Of a stretch of DNA of 64,000 nt, positions 9,695 to 19,131 are shown piece after piece. This stretch comes from Chromatiales bacterium (lineage in GTDB: Bacteria > Pseudomonadota > Gammaproteobacteria > SZUA-152). The notes beneath the pieces are model-generated. The model searched no databases. It saw nothing but the letters and a program-made list of their open reading frames with translations, and was not told the DNA's origin. Both the position numbers and the translations under genes were made by a program. The stretch spans positions 2,610 to 66,609 of the forward strand of contig JALSGT010000062.1 in NCBI GenBank assembly GCA_026982555.1. Direction: 5' to 3'. Numbering within the stretch: position 1 is the stretch's first letter; the number at the start of each line of letters is the position of its first letter.

Positions 9695-9750
9695 GTGCTA
9701 ATGAATTTGGCGTATATATGTGCCACTGAAAAATCGGGATTTAGTCAGCG

Positions 9751-10959
9751 ATGAAAATATTACACGTACTGGATCATTCCATTCCGCTTCATAGTGGGTA
9801 CACTTTTCGTACAGCGGCGATTTTGCGTCAGCAGCATGCCATGGGCTGGGAAACATTCCATCTCACCAGCCCAAAGCATTATCTGGATTCGCCTGCGGAA
9901 GAGGATATCGATGGGTTGCATTTTTATCGCACGCCTCCGGTTTCCAGCTGGCTGGCAAAACTGCCCATACTGAATCAGCTGGCGATTATTCCGGCGCTGA
10001 CCTGTCGGCTGGAGAAAGTGTTGGCCGAGGTGAAACCGGATATCCTGCATGCACATTCTCCGGCATTAAACGGTATTGCCGCGTTACGGGCGGGGCGTCG
10101 TTTGGGCATTCCAGTGGTTTATGAGGTGCGTGCGTTTTGGGAGGATGCCGCCGTTGATCATGGTACTTCAAGTGAGGGTGGCCTCCGCTATCGTTTGACG
10201 CGCGCCATGGAAACGCATGTGTTACGACGGGCCAATGCCGTTACGACTATTTGTGAGGGTTTGCGAGGCGATATCGCTAACCGGGGGGTTGCAGAAAACC
10301 GTATTACGGTGATCCCCAATGCGGTGGATGCAGAAAAATTTGAAGTGGGTGGTGTGGCGGACCCCGCACTGTTGAGTGAACTTGGACTTGAGGGAAAACA
10401 GGTGCTGGGTTTCATCGGTTCTTTTTATGCCTATGAAGGGCTTCCCTTATTGGTGGAGGCCATGCCCGGAATATTAAAAACAAATCCGGATGCGCGCCTG
10501 CTGCTGGTTGGTGGTGGGCCGCAGGATGAACAGTTGCGCAAGCAGGTGAAGGATCTGGGGCTGGATCAGCAGGTTATCTTCACTGGCCGGGTTCCCCATG
10601 AGCAGGTGCAGCGTTATTACAATCTGGTGGATATTTTTGTTTATCCACGTCTTTCCATGCGCCTGACAGATCTGGTTACGCCACTAAAACCGCTGGAAGC
10701 GATGGCGCAGGGACGCATTGTGTTGGCATCCGATGTTGGGGGGCACAAAGAATTAATTGTCGATGGAAAAACGGGGTGTTTGTTTCGTGCAGGTGACGCC
10801 GGTGCGCTTGCCGATGCCGCTATTGAATTGTTTGATCAACGCGAGCATTGGGCTGATTTACGCAAGGCCGGGCGCGAATTTGTGGACCGGGAACGGAACT
10901 GGCCTGTCAGTGTGGCACGCTATCGTGATGTTTACGCCATGGCGATGGCAGGTCAATAG
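9751..10959 (+). CDS. Group 1 glycosyltransferase, exosortase A-associated type
   Basis: MKILHVLDHSIPLHSGYTFR N-terminus. GT-B C-terminal region TPLKPLEAMAQGRIVLASDVGGHKELI. Confidence 0.8.
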   Translation: MKILHVLDHSIPLHSGYTFRTAAILRQQHAMGWETFHLTSPKHYLDSPAEEDIDGLHFYRTPPVSSWLAKLPILNQLAIIPALTCRLEKVLAEVKPDILHAHSPALNGIAALRAGRRLGIPVVYEVRAFWEDAAVDHGTSSEGGLRYRLTRAMETHVLRRANAVTTICEGLRGDIANRGVAENRITVIPNAVDAEKFEVGGVADPALLSELGLEGKQVLGFIGSFYAYEGLPLLVEAMPGILKTNPDARLLLVGGGPQDEQLRKQVKDLGLDQQVIFTGRVPHEQVQRYYNLVDIFVYPRLSMRLTDLVTPLKPLEAMAQGRIVLASDVGGHKELIVDGKTGCLFRAGDAGALADAAIELFDQREHWADLRKAGREFVDRERNWPVSVARYRDVYAMAMAGQ

Positions 10960-10961
10960 CC

Positions 10962-12092
10962 GTGTCCCCCAGTCATTCAGAAGATAAAAAAGCGCATGAT
11001 ATGACGGGGCTGAATGTGGTGATGGCGGGTCCGCTGCCACCAGCTATTGGTGGCATGGCAACGGTTATTGGTGATATCAGTCAGTCCAGCCTTGCTGACC
11101 GGGTGGCACTTGTGCCGTTCAATACAGCAAAGCAAACCTCCGAAGGACGGTCCCTGTTAACGGGCATGGTTGCCCGTGTCAGTTTGTGGAAGCGCTGGGC
11201 ATCCGCATTGCGTGGCAAAGGCCCGACTGTCGCGCATATTCATACCTGTAGCGGGCTGACCTATTTTCTGGACGGGACATTGTTGATTATTGCGCGGTTA
11301 TTGGCACAACCGGTGGTATTGCACATTCATGGTGCCCGTTTTGACCATTTTTTGGATGAATTGCCTGCGCCGCTATTGTTTCTCGCCAGATGGCTGGCAC
11401 GTCGGGCCAACCGGGTGGTGGTGTTGTCGAAGACCTGGCAGGAAACCCTGACGGACAGACTGCCCGGCGCGCAATTACGTGTTATTGCCAATGGTGTTCC
11501 TGTGCGTGATGAGCCGGTGGAAACAGAAAATGCGACGCAAACCGTGTTTATTTTATTTCTCGGCAATTTGTCGCAACGCAAGGGTGTGTGGGAATTGATT
11601 GATGCCATGCGTGCCGTTCCGCTCGAGGCCACGCTGGCCTTGGTGGGCGGGGAAGATGACCCGGGTATTTCAGATGCAGCGCAGGCCCGTATTAACGAGG
11701 CGGGCATGACGGATCGCGTCAAGCTGATTGGACCGGCCTATGGCGAGGATAAACACCGTTGGCTGGAAAAAGCCGATATTTTTGTGCTGCCCTCACATGC
11801 GGAAGGTTTGCCCATTGCCCTGCTTGAAGCAATGGGCGGAGGTATCCCGGCGGTAGTGACGGCGGTGGGGGCAATGCCCACGGTCATCGATGACGGGGTT
11901 CAGGGGAAAGTGGTACTGCCGGGTGATGTTGATGCCTTGTCTGCCGCATTAACGGCGCTGGTTAATGATCAGGCGTTACGACGGACGATGGGAGAAGCGG
12001 CTCGCAAACGCTGTCTTGCCGATTATGGTGTAGAGCGTAGCGCGGAAAATTATCTGCGTTTGTATGCAGAAATAGTCAGTATTGAGAAATAA
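10962..12092 (+). CDS. Group 1 glycosyltransferase
   Basis: PSHAEGLPIALLEAMGGGIPAVVTAVGAMPTVI (E-x7-E region). GTG start at 10962; an alternative ATG lies at 11001. Confidence 0.8.
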   Translation: MSPSHSEDKKAHDMTGLNVVMAGPLPPAIGGMATVIGDISQSSLADRVALVPFNTAKQTSEGRSLLTGMVARVSLWKRWASALRGKGPTVAHIHTCSGLTYFLDGTLLIIARLLAQPVVLHIHGARFDHFLDELPAPLLFLARWLARRANRVVVLSKTWQETLTDRLPGAQLRVIANGVPVRDEPVETENATQTVFILFLGNLSQRKGVWELIDAMRAVPLEATLALVGGEDDPGISDAAQARINEAGMTDRVKLIGPAYGEDKHRWLEKADIFVLPSHAEGLPIALLEAMGGGIPAVVTAVGAMPTVIDDGVQGKVVLPGDVDALSAALTALVNDQALRRTMGEAARKRCLADYGVERSAENYLRLYAEIVSIEK

Positions 12093-12262
12093 ACCAGCGG
12101 TACCGGCACGCTGAGTGTTGTTAACGCAGAGGAAACAAAAAAATAAGGCTTTGTGGTCATAACAACGAAAAAGAAGGCCGGGGAATAGATAAAAAATGGT
12201 AAAATACGGCACTTATCTATTTATGTCTTGCATATTCTGCACGACGACAAACTCACACTGAT

Positions 12263-13618
12263 ATGAAAAACCTGTACACCTCATTAATATCCGGTGCCGT
12301 ATTTCCCTTGCACGAAAAGCTGAAGGGACATACCACCGTCAGCGTCAAAAAGGCCATGGAAAACAGTCAGTGGTGGTCTCGCGAAGCATTGGAAACGTAC
12401 CGTGTGCAGCGTTTGCAGGCCTTTCTTTCCCAGGTTTATGCGCATGTACCTTATTACCGGTCCCTGTTTGACGGGCTTGGGTTTGATGTTTCATCGGTGA
12501 AATCCGTTACTGATCTTCAGCAGTTGCCTTTTCTGGACAAAAAGCTGATCAAAGACAATCAGCAGGATTTAAAAGCGGATAATGCGACTCAGCTTTCACA
12601 ATTCAATACAGGCGGGTCATCTGGAGAACCGCTGGTCTTTTTTATTGGACATTCCCGCGTGAGTCACGATGTTGCCGCCAAGTGGCGTGCGACACGCTGG
12701 TGGGATGTGGATATTGGTGACAGGGAAATTGTACTCTGGGGCTCACCGATTGAACTGGGTGCCCAGGACCGGTTTCGTTTGTTGCGTGACCGCATGTTCA
12801 GGTCAACATTACTGCCTGCTTTTGAAATGTCTGAAACTCACTTGAATGAGTTTATCGCTGCCATTCGTTCCATACGTCCGCGCATGTTGTTCGGTTATCC
12901 ATCGGTACTGGCGCACATTGCCCAGCATGCAGAAAGCAAGGGTTTGCCGTTAGACGATCTTGGCATCAACGTCGCTTTTGTGACGTCAGAGCGATTGTAT
13001 CCGGAGCAACGGGAAAAAATTGAACGCAGTTTCGGTTGCAAGGTGGCCAATGGTTACGGTGGGCGTGATGCTGGTTTTATCGCTCACGAATGTCCCGAAG
13101 GGGGCATGCACATCACCGCAGAAGACATCATCGTTGAGATCGTAGACTCGCAGGGCAACGTTGTGCCGGATGGCGAAAGCGGTGAAGTGGTTATTACTCA
13201 TCTGTTCACCGATGACTTTCCCTTTATTCGCTATCGTACCGGCGATGTGGCTTCGTTGAGTACAGAAACCTGTTCATGTGGGCGTGGATTGCCCATGCTC
13301 AAGGAAATTCACGGCAGAACCACTGATTTTATTATTGCTGCCGATGGCACCGTGATGCACGGGTTGGCACTGATTTATGTATTACGTGAAATAGAAGCCA
13401 TAACGTCATTTAAAATTATTCAGGAAACCCTGGAATGGACGCGTGTGGAAGTGGTGGGTGATGAACACTTTTCAGAACAGCATGTTGCAACTATCAGATC
13501 CGGTTTTAAACAACGTCTTGGCGAGAATGTCAGCATTGATGTGGAAAGGGTGGAAAAAATAAAACCGGAGCGATCAGGAAAATATCGTTATGTTATCAGC
13601 AAGGTTGCGGTGACATAG
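12263..13618 (+). CDS. Phenylacetate-CoA ligase / CapK / F390-synthetase-like adenylate-forming enzyme
   Basis: FNTGGSSGEPLVF (P-loop-like AMP-binding motif), YRTGD, and a C-terminal SGKYRYV lysine motif. Length 451 aa. Confidence 0.78.
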   Translation: MKNLYTSLISGAVFPLHEKLKGHTTVSVKKAMENSQWWSREALETYRVQRLQAFLSQVYAHVPYYRSLFDGLGFDVSSVKSVTDLQQLPFLDKKLIKDNQQDLKADNATQLSQFNTGGSSGEPLVFFIGHSRVSHDVAAKWRATRWWDVDIGDREIVLWGSPIELGAQDRFRLLRDRMFRSTLLPAFEMSETHLNEFIAAIRSIRPRMLFGYPSVLAHIAQHAESKGLPLDDLGINVAFVTSERLYPEQREKIERSFGCKVANGYGGRDAGFIAHECPEGGMHITAEDIIVEIVDSQGNVVPDGESGEVVITHLFTDDFPFIRYRTGDVASLSTETCSCGRGLPMLKEIHGRTTDFIIAADGTVMHGLALIYVLREIEAITSFKIIQETLEWTRVEVVGDEHFSEQHVATIRSGFKQRLGENVSIDVERVEKIKPERSGKYRYVISKVAVT

Positions 13619-13665
13619 GTGTGTGATTTGACGTGAAATACGGTTATTGATTTGATAAGCGGAGC

Positions 13666-15696
13666 ATGAAATTGGGATTTGGAAAAAAACTGCGTGGTGC
13701 GGCTATATTTCTGGTGGTCGTTGTGTTGGCGCTGGTGGGCGGATTTGCGGCTGAACACTATTTATCAAAAGATATTTCGCTGGCTGATGTGGCCTGGGAA
13801 GGGCCGGTATCGGGTGAGAATCGTTACGTGTTTTACCCCCGGTATTTACCGGAGAACTGTGAGGAAAAGCTGGCAGCCCTTGATAAGGGGGAACTGAAAC
13901 TGGATAGCACTGCGTCGAGGGGCATTGGCCTGAACCCGGAATGGGATCTGGGTGACAATGTCTCCGGGTACTCCTATTTTTATCTTCATTCTTTGCGGTT
14001 TACTGCATGCCTCATCAAAGCGGGAGGTGAGGGAGATATTGTGCGTATGTCTCAGGCAGACAGCATCTTGCGCAGTTGGTTGGCAGGCAATCCACAGGAT
14101 GCTCCTGCCTCTGACTGGGCATGGACCGAACATGCGACATCCTGGCGTTCTATTGCATTTTCCTGGTTTTTGCTGACAGCGCAACGGGTGAATTATCTTG
14201 ATGCGGATAATATTGCGATGTTTAGCGATGCGATTGCCGAGCATGCGGCATTTGCCCGGCGGCCTTCGATTTACCGGCCTGATCATAATCATGGGTTGAA
14301 TAATGCGCTTGCCCTGCTGGCGCTGGCCACGGTAGAGACTGACTCCCGGTTGCAACGTGAGTTATTGCAGCTGGGGTTTTCCCGGGCTGAACAGCAAATG
14401 GCGGATAATGTTTCCGCTGACGGTATTCATCTTGAACAATCCGGTTTTTATCATTTTTATACGCTTCATTCATTTCTCGAAATACTGCGTGTTGCCCGGA
14501 ATATTGGTTGGCCTATCTCCGACCGGTATCAACAAAAACTCGCGCACATGATTACGGCTGGCCTCTACATGGCAGGGGCGGATGGTGAAGTGGACGGCAT
14601 GCCTTACAGCAAACCGGGAGAAGAGATGACCGTGTTGTTTGATATGAACCCGGATCTTGTGCGTAACGGCCATCTGCTCGATACAAAGGGCAATGTGATC
14701 GATACTTCCCCGCGCAAACGACTGGGTGTTTTTGCAGAGGGCGGATACAGTTTTTTTGTGGCGGAACAAAAAGACGATATTGAGATAGTCTTTCATACAC
14801 GTATTCTGGAAGCCCCGCATGCTCTCCGGGATGCGCTGGGAATCAGCGTGCGTAATGGTGATGGGGTATTAATACCGTTTACGTCCACCATGTATACATC
14901 GGAGAATTATCGCCACTGGCGGGAATATTTCTCAAGTTCGGCTTCGCATAATGGCGTGACGGTGGAAGGCGTGGAGCAAGTGCCGCTGAGTCGTCGTCGT
15001 GAAGGTTTACCCGCCCTGCTAGCAGATTCCTGGAAACTGAATGCTATTGTGGAATCAGCAGGGCTTGGGGACTGGTTTGCGGGATTCCGGCGGCGGCATC
15101 AGCTCGACCGGCTAAGTCTTCAGGAGCGTGCGGTGCCCAGCGGAGGACTTGTTCTGAATTCCGGCAGCAAAGGCATTGTGGATTATGTTACAGCAGAGCA
15201 CACAACTTATGAGGGTGTCAAACAGACACGGACAGTGGTTAAAGTAGGGGCAGGTTTGTTGTTGGTTTGGGATCGTCTTCGTGGTGACACGGTGAATCGT
15301 TATACCCAGCAGTTTCATTTTTTACCTGACAGCTCCGTTGAGCTGAAAGGGAGAGCCGGGATTATTAAAAGAAACGGGAAAGTGATTGCCCGGGCACAGC
15401 AATTGATGCCGGTTGAGACACAGGTGTGCAAGGGCCAGGAACAACCCGCTCCTTGTGGCTGGTACACTGATTCGCCTTTTTTGCCTCATGCCACGCCGGT
15501 TTTAATGCATTCAGCGAATGATGCGCAGGTGGAGTTTTTATGGGTATTGCAATCCGGAGAGGCGGCCTTAACAGCGCTCCGAAAAGATGACGGCAACGGC
15601 GATGCCCGCAGAATACAGGTTGATGTGAATGGTTCACAATACACGATAGAATTGACGGACCGGGGAGTGAGCGCCGAACTTGCAGCAGCTTCGTGA
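13666..15696 (+). CDS. Heparinase II/III-like (alginate-lyase-fold) protein with N-terminal membrane anchor
   Basis: N-terminal TM segment AAIFLVVVVLALVGGFAA. Motifs RPDHNHGLNNALALLAL and DGIHLEQSGFYHFY resemble the heparinase II/III N-terminal toroid signature (NHG ... EQSxxYH). Confidence 0.65.
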   Translation: MKLGFGKKLRGAAIFLVVVVLALVGGFAAEHYLSKDISLADVAWEGPVSGENRYVFYPRYLPENCEEKLAALDKGELKLDSTASRGIGLNPEWDLGDNVSGYSYFYLHSLRFTACLIKAGGEGDIVRMSQADSILRSWLAGNPQDAPASDWAWTEHATSWRSIAFSWFLLTAQRVNYLDADNIAMFSDAIAEHAAFARRPSIYRPDHNHGLNNALALLALATVETDSRLQRELLQLGFSRAEQQMADNVSADGIHLEQSGFYHFYTLHSFLEILRVARNIGWPISDRYQQKLAHMITAGLYMAGADGEVDGMPYSKPGEEMTVLFDMNPDLVRNGHLLDTKGNVIDTSPRKRLGVFAEGGYSFFVAEQKDDIEIVFHTRILEAPHALRDALGISVRNGDGVLIPFTSTMYTSENYRHWREYFSSSASHNGVTVEGVEQVPLSRRREGLPALLADSWKLNAIVESAGLGDWFAGFRRRHQLDRLSLQERAVPSGGLVLNSGSKGIVDYVTAEHTTYEGVKQTRTVVKVGAGLLLVWDRLRGDTVNRYTQQFHFLPDSSVELKGRAGIIKRNGKVIARAQQLMPVETQVCKGQEQPAPCGWYTDSPFLPHATPVLMHSANDAQVEFLWVLQSGEAALTALRKDDGNGDARRIQVDVNGSQYTIELTDRGVSAELAAAS

Positions 15697-15724
15697 ATGT
15701 GAAGAAAAACCGCCGTCCTTTGAT

Positions 15725-16915
15725 ATGAAAACAAACAATACCGCTCACCCGCCCCAACTGGACATTGTTGCTATGGCTCCCAATGCGTGGGATGGGCCGT
15801 GGATGAATCGGCAGCAGCTGCTTTCACGGCTGGGAAGCCAGCACAATATTGTTTATACCAACGGCTTGTGGAGTGTGTGGGACAGAGATCAGGCAGCGTG
15901 GAAAGCAGCATCGGTCAACGGTGAATTTTGCGCTCAGGATCAGGTGCTGGTGGATCATCCCCCAAAGTTTTTGCTGCGCTGGCCCCGGTTTTCGACGCTT
16001 GATCATCTGGCAATCCGTATGGCAATACGCCGTTGGACACGGGCCTGGGGTGTAAAGAAAAATGCTCTTCGAGTTGTCTATTTGTTTCATCCGCAGTTTT
16101 ACCCCTATGTTAAAAAAATCCAGGCCGATTTTGTGGTTTACCATGCCTATGACATGCTCAGTTTGACGCCTGGGTGGAATCGTGAGTTGGAGGAGCAACA
16201 GCAGGCGCTTTTAGCCATGGCCGATCTGGTGCTGGCATCATCGGATATTATTGCTGAAGAGCTTGCGGCAATTAGCGGAAAACCCGTCGAAGTGCTTCCC
16301 AATGGTGCGGACTTTACGGCTTTTTGCGGTGCGGCTACAGGAGATTGTCCCGAACCTGATGATCTTGCAAACATTCCCCATCCACGCATTGGCTATGTGG
16401 GAAATCTTAATCTCAAGGTTGATTTTCCATTAATTGCTTCACTGGCAAACGGTCAGCAGAACTGGAATTTTGTCTTTGTCGGCGGCAAAGGGAAACTGGA
16501 TGCCCGCACGCAAGAGGGATTTGATGAGTGTGCCAGGCTAAAAAATGTCTATTTTCTCGGTGCGAAAAACTACCGTGAGATACCGGGTTATGCTGCCAAT
16601 ATGGATGTCAATCTCATGTGTTATCGAGTGGAAGGCGACGTGTGGACCCGTGGTATATATCCATTGAAACTTCATGAATATCTGGCCACAGGAAAGCCGG
16701 TTGTCAGTTCCGGTATTCCCAGTGTCGTTCCTTTTGAATCAAATGTTGCCATTGCGCGCACCGCTGATCAGTGGCCGGAATTGATAGAAGCGGCATTGCA
16801 GGGCAACGGTGCGGGCAGCACAGAGCAAAGACGCATGGTGGCAAAAGAAAACAGCTGGGATGCGAGAGCAGAGCGGTTGAACGTTTGTTTGACAGATATG
16901 CTGAATGATCAATAA
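15725..16915 (+). CDS. GT-B glycosyltransferase (distant paralogue of 41703..42914)
   Basis: Blocks shared with the 41.7-kb gene: PNAWDGPWMNRQQLLSRL / PDEWGGPWESRHQVLTRL, IPHPRIGYVG, and YPLKLHEYLATGKPVV / YPLKLHEYLAAGKPIV. I prefer the ATG at 15725 to the TTG at 15680, which overlaps the upstream gene. Confidence 0.7.
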   Translation: MKTNNTAHPPQLDIVAMAPNAWDGPWMNRQQLLSRLGSQHNIVYTNGLWSVWDRDQAAWKAASVNGEFCAQDQVLVDHPPKFLLRWPRFSTLDHLAIRMAIRRWTRAWGVKKNALRVVYLFHPQFYPYVKKIQADFVVYHAYDMLSLTPGWNRELEEQQQALLAMADLVLASSDIIAEELAAISGKPVEVLPNGADFTAFCGAATGDCPEPDDLANIPHPRIGYVGNLNLKVDFPLIASLANGQQNWNFVFVGGKGKLDARTQEGFDECARLKNVYFLGAKNYREIPGYAANMDVNLMCYRVEGDVWTRGIYPLKLHEYLATGKPVVSSGIPSVVPFESNVAIARTADQWPELIEAALQGNGAGSTEQRRMVAKENSWDARAERLNVCLTDMLNDQ

Positions 16916-17004
16916 AACGTATCTATTTTTTTGATACTGTACTTTTGAGCGTAAATAGTGATGTATCACCGCTTATAACGCCTATGACAGCGAGAGCCTG
17001 ATAA

Positions 17005-18342
17005 ATGAGAGACATAGCTGTAACGCTTATCGTTTTTGGCGTATTACCCTATATCCTGATGCGACCCCACATTGGCGTGTATGCGTGGTCGTGGATCGGG
17101 TATATGGCTCCTCACCGGTTAGGGTGGGGGTTTGCCGCTAGTTTACCTTTTGCTGCACTGATCGGAGCAGCAACATTGGTTGCCCTGTTGTTTTCGAAAG
17201 AGCCAAAGCGCATTCCACTGACACCGATAACAGTCACCTTGATATTGTTTTTGGTATGGATGGTGATTACGACAATATTTGCCATTCACCCGGACGAGGC
17301 GATGGCGAAATTGTCCAAGGTGCTTAAAATACAATTAATGATTTTTCTTACCTTGATGTTATTCAACCACCGGGAGCGTATTCACGGGTTGGTTTGGGTC
17401 ATTGTTATTTCATTGGGGTTTTATGGCGTGAAAGGAGGCATTTTCACATTGTTGACCGGTGGACAATTTCACGTCGTCGGGCCTCCCGGCAGTTTTATTG
17501 TGGGTAATACCTCGCTGGCACTGGCGCTGGTGATGGTGGTGCCGCTTATGCGTTATTTGTATACCCAGGCAGATAATAAGTGGGTTAAACGTGGGCTTAT
17601 TGCGGCAATGGGGTTTTCTGCATTGTCGATACTGGGTTCTTATTCCCGGGGAGGGCTGCTTGCTATCGCCGCCATGGGCGCCTTTATGATACTCAAAAGC
17701 AAGAAGCGGGGGATGATGATAGTCGTGCTGATTTTAGCTATTCCCGTGGCTGTTGCATTTATGCCGGAGCGTTGGACGGCGCGTATGCAGACGGTGCAAA
17801 CTTATGAAGAAGATGCTTCTGCCATGGGACGTATCACCGCGTGGCTGTTTGCCATTGAAATGGCAAAGGGCCGGTTTTTAGGAGGAGGTTTTGAGTCTTT
17901 TACACCCGCTAACTATCATCTTTATGCCCCCGAGATTGTTGAGATGTTAATGGAAAAGGCAGCCGGGCGTTATCAGGGGGCTCACAGCAGCTATTTTTCA
18001 GTGTTGGGAGAGCATGGTTTTGTTGGATTATTCCTTTTTCTGCTATTAGGGTTTGTATCATGGCGTACGGGGTCGTGGGTGACGAAGCATGCGGCTGATT
18101 CCGATAGTTTGGCGTGGGCAAAAGAACTTGCGGGAATGATTCAGGTCAGTCTGGTGGGGTTTGCCGTGGGCGGAGCATTTCTCTCGCTGGCTTATTTTGA
18201 TCTTCTGTATCACTTGATGGCACTGCTGGTTTTGTTGAAGTTACAAGTAGAGCAATCCCTTGCTGCGGGAAATACGGATAGGCAATCGACGTTATCACAC
18301 GATAACCCGAAAATACCTATGCAACGTAGAGGTGGATATTAA
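17005..18342 (+). CDS. O-antigen ligase/polymerase (Wzy_C)-like polytopic membrane protein, exosortase A-associated putative O-glycosylation ligase type
   Basis: About 10-12 predicted TM helices. Wzy_C-like SRGGLLAIAAMGAFMIL and a periplasmic-loop HSSYFSVLGEHGFVGL motif. Confidence 0.75.
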   Translation: MRDIAVTLIVFGVLPYILMRPHIGVYAWSWIGYMAPHRLGWGFAASLPFAALIGAATLVALLFSKEPKRIPLTPITVTLILFLVWMVITTIFAIHPDEAMAKLSKVLKIQLMIFLTLMLFNHRERIHGLVWVIVISLGFYGVKGGIFTLLTGGQFHVVGPPGSFIVGNTSLALALVMVVPLMRYLYTQADNKWVKRGLIAAMGFSALSILGSYSRGGLLAIAAMGAFMILKSKKRGMMIVVLILAIPVAVAFMPERWTARMQTVQTYEEDASAMGRITAWLFAIEMAKGRFLGGGFESFTPANYHLYAPEIVEMLMEKAAGRYQGAHSSYFSVLGEHGFVGLFLFLLLGFVSWRTGSWVTKHAADSDSLAWAKELAGMIQVSLVGFAVGGAFLSLAYFDLLYHLMALLVLLKLQVEQSLAAGNTDRQSTLSHDNPKIPMQRRGGY

Positions 18343-19094
18343 TGTCCCGGAAAGACTCTTCAAAAAGCAGTAATTTTGAACGCGGCTGGAAAAAACGCTT
18401 TGGCCAATATGCTGATGCACGAGATGACGATGCGGGTATTGCGGGTTGGACGCAAAGCGGACTGGAGACTCGTGTTCGTAACTTTGATGCTTTGTGGGCA
18501 CCAACCACTGAGGCGCGTTCATGGCTGGATGCCGGCTGTGGTGCGGGCACCTACTCCCGGTTTATGGCGGGCAAGGGAAAGCAGGTTATTGGGCTGGATT
18601 ATTGTTTTCCTGCTGTGAAAAAGGCATTAAGCCGAAGTTCTGATGGCGTGGGGTGGGGGGTTGCGGATGTCACACGATTACCCATCGCAAATGGAAGCTT
18701 TGATGGCGCCATATGTTTTGGTGTTACTCAGGCATTATCAACGTCGAACGACGTGTCCCGGGAGCTGGCCGCCGCAGTGAAACCTGGCGGAGAAATATGG
18801 ATCGACGCGCTGAACAGTGCCTGCCTGCCACATCTTATTGGTCGATTGAAACGGAAACTTTTGCAGCGTGATATGCATTTGCGTTATGAGTCGCCACGGC
18901 AGCTTCGTCGTGCCATGGAAGATGCAGGGATTGTGAAACTAAAACGCTACTGGATTCCGATTTTGCCTTACCGTTTTTGTCGTTATCAATGGTTGTTTGA
19001 AACCCGGGTGATGCGCTGGTTATTGCATTCAGTGCCGGTACTCGGCGCACTCTTAAGTCATGGGTTTGTGATAAAAGGATACCGGCAGCAATGA
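18342..19094 (+). CDS. Class I SAM-dependent methyltransferase
   Basis: Motif I LDAGCGAGTYS; post-I GLDY; motif II FDGAICFGV. The start overlaps the upstream stop by 1 nt. Confidence 0.8.
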   Translation: MSRKDSSKSSNFERGWKKRFGQYADARDDDAGIAGWTQSGLETRVRNFDALWAPTTEARSWLDAGCGAGTYSRFMAGKGKQVIGLDYCFPAVKKALSRSSDGVGWGVADVTRLPIANGSFDGAICFGVTQALSTSNDVSRELAAAVKPGGEIWIDALNSACLPHLIGRLKRKLLQRDMHLRYESPRQLRRAMEDAGIVKLKRYWIPILPYRFCRYQWLFETRVMRWLLHSVPVLGALLSHGFVIKGYRQQ

Positions 19095-19131
19095 ATAATC
19101 ATTCCATTTTAGAAAATAAAGGAATAAGTAA

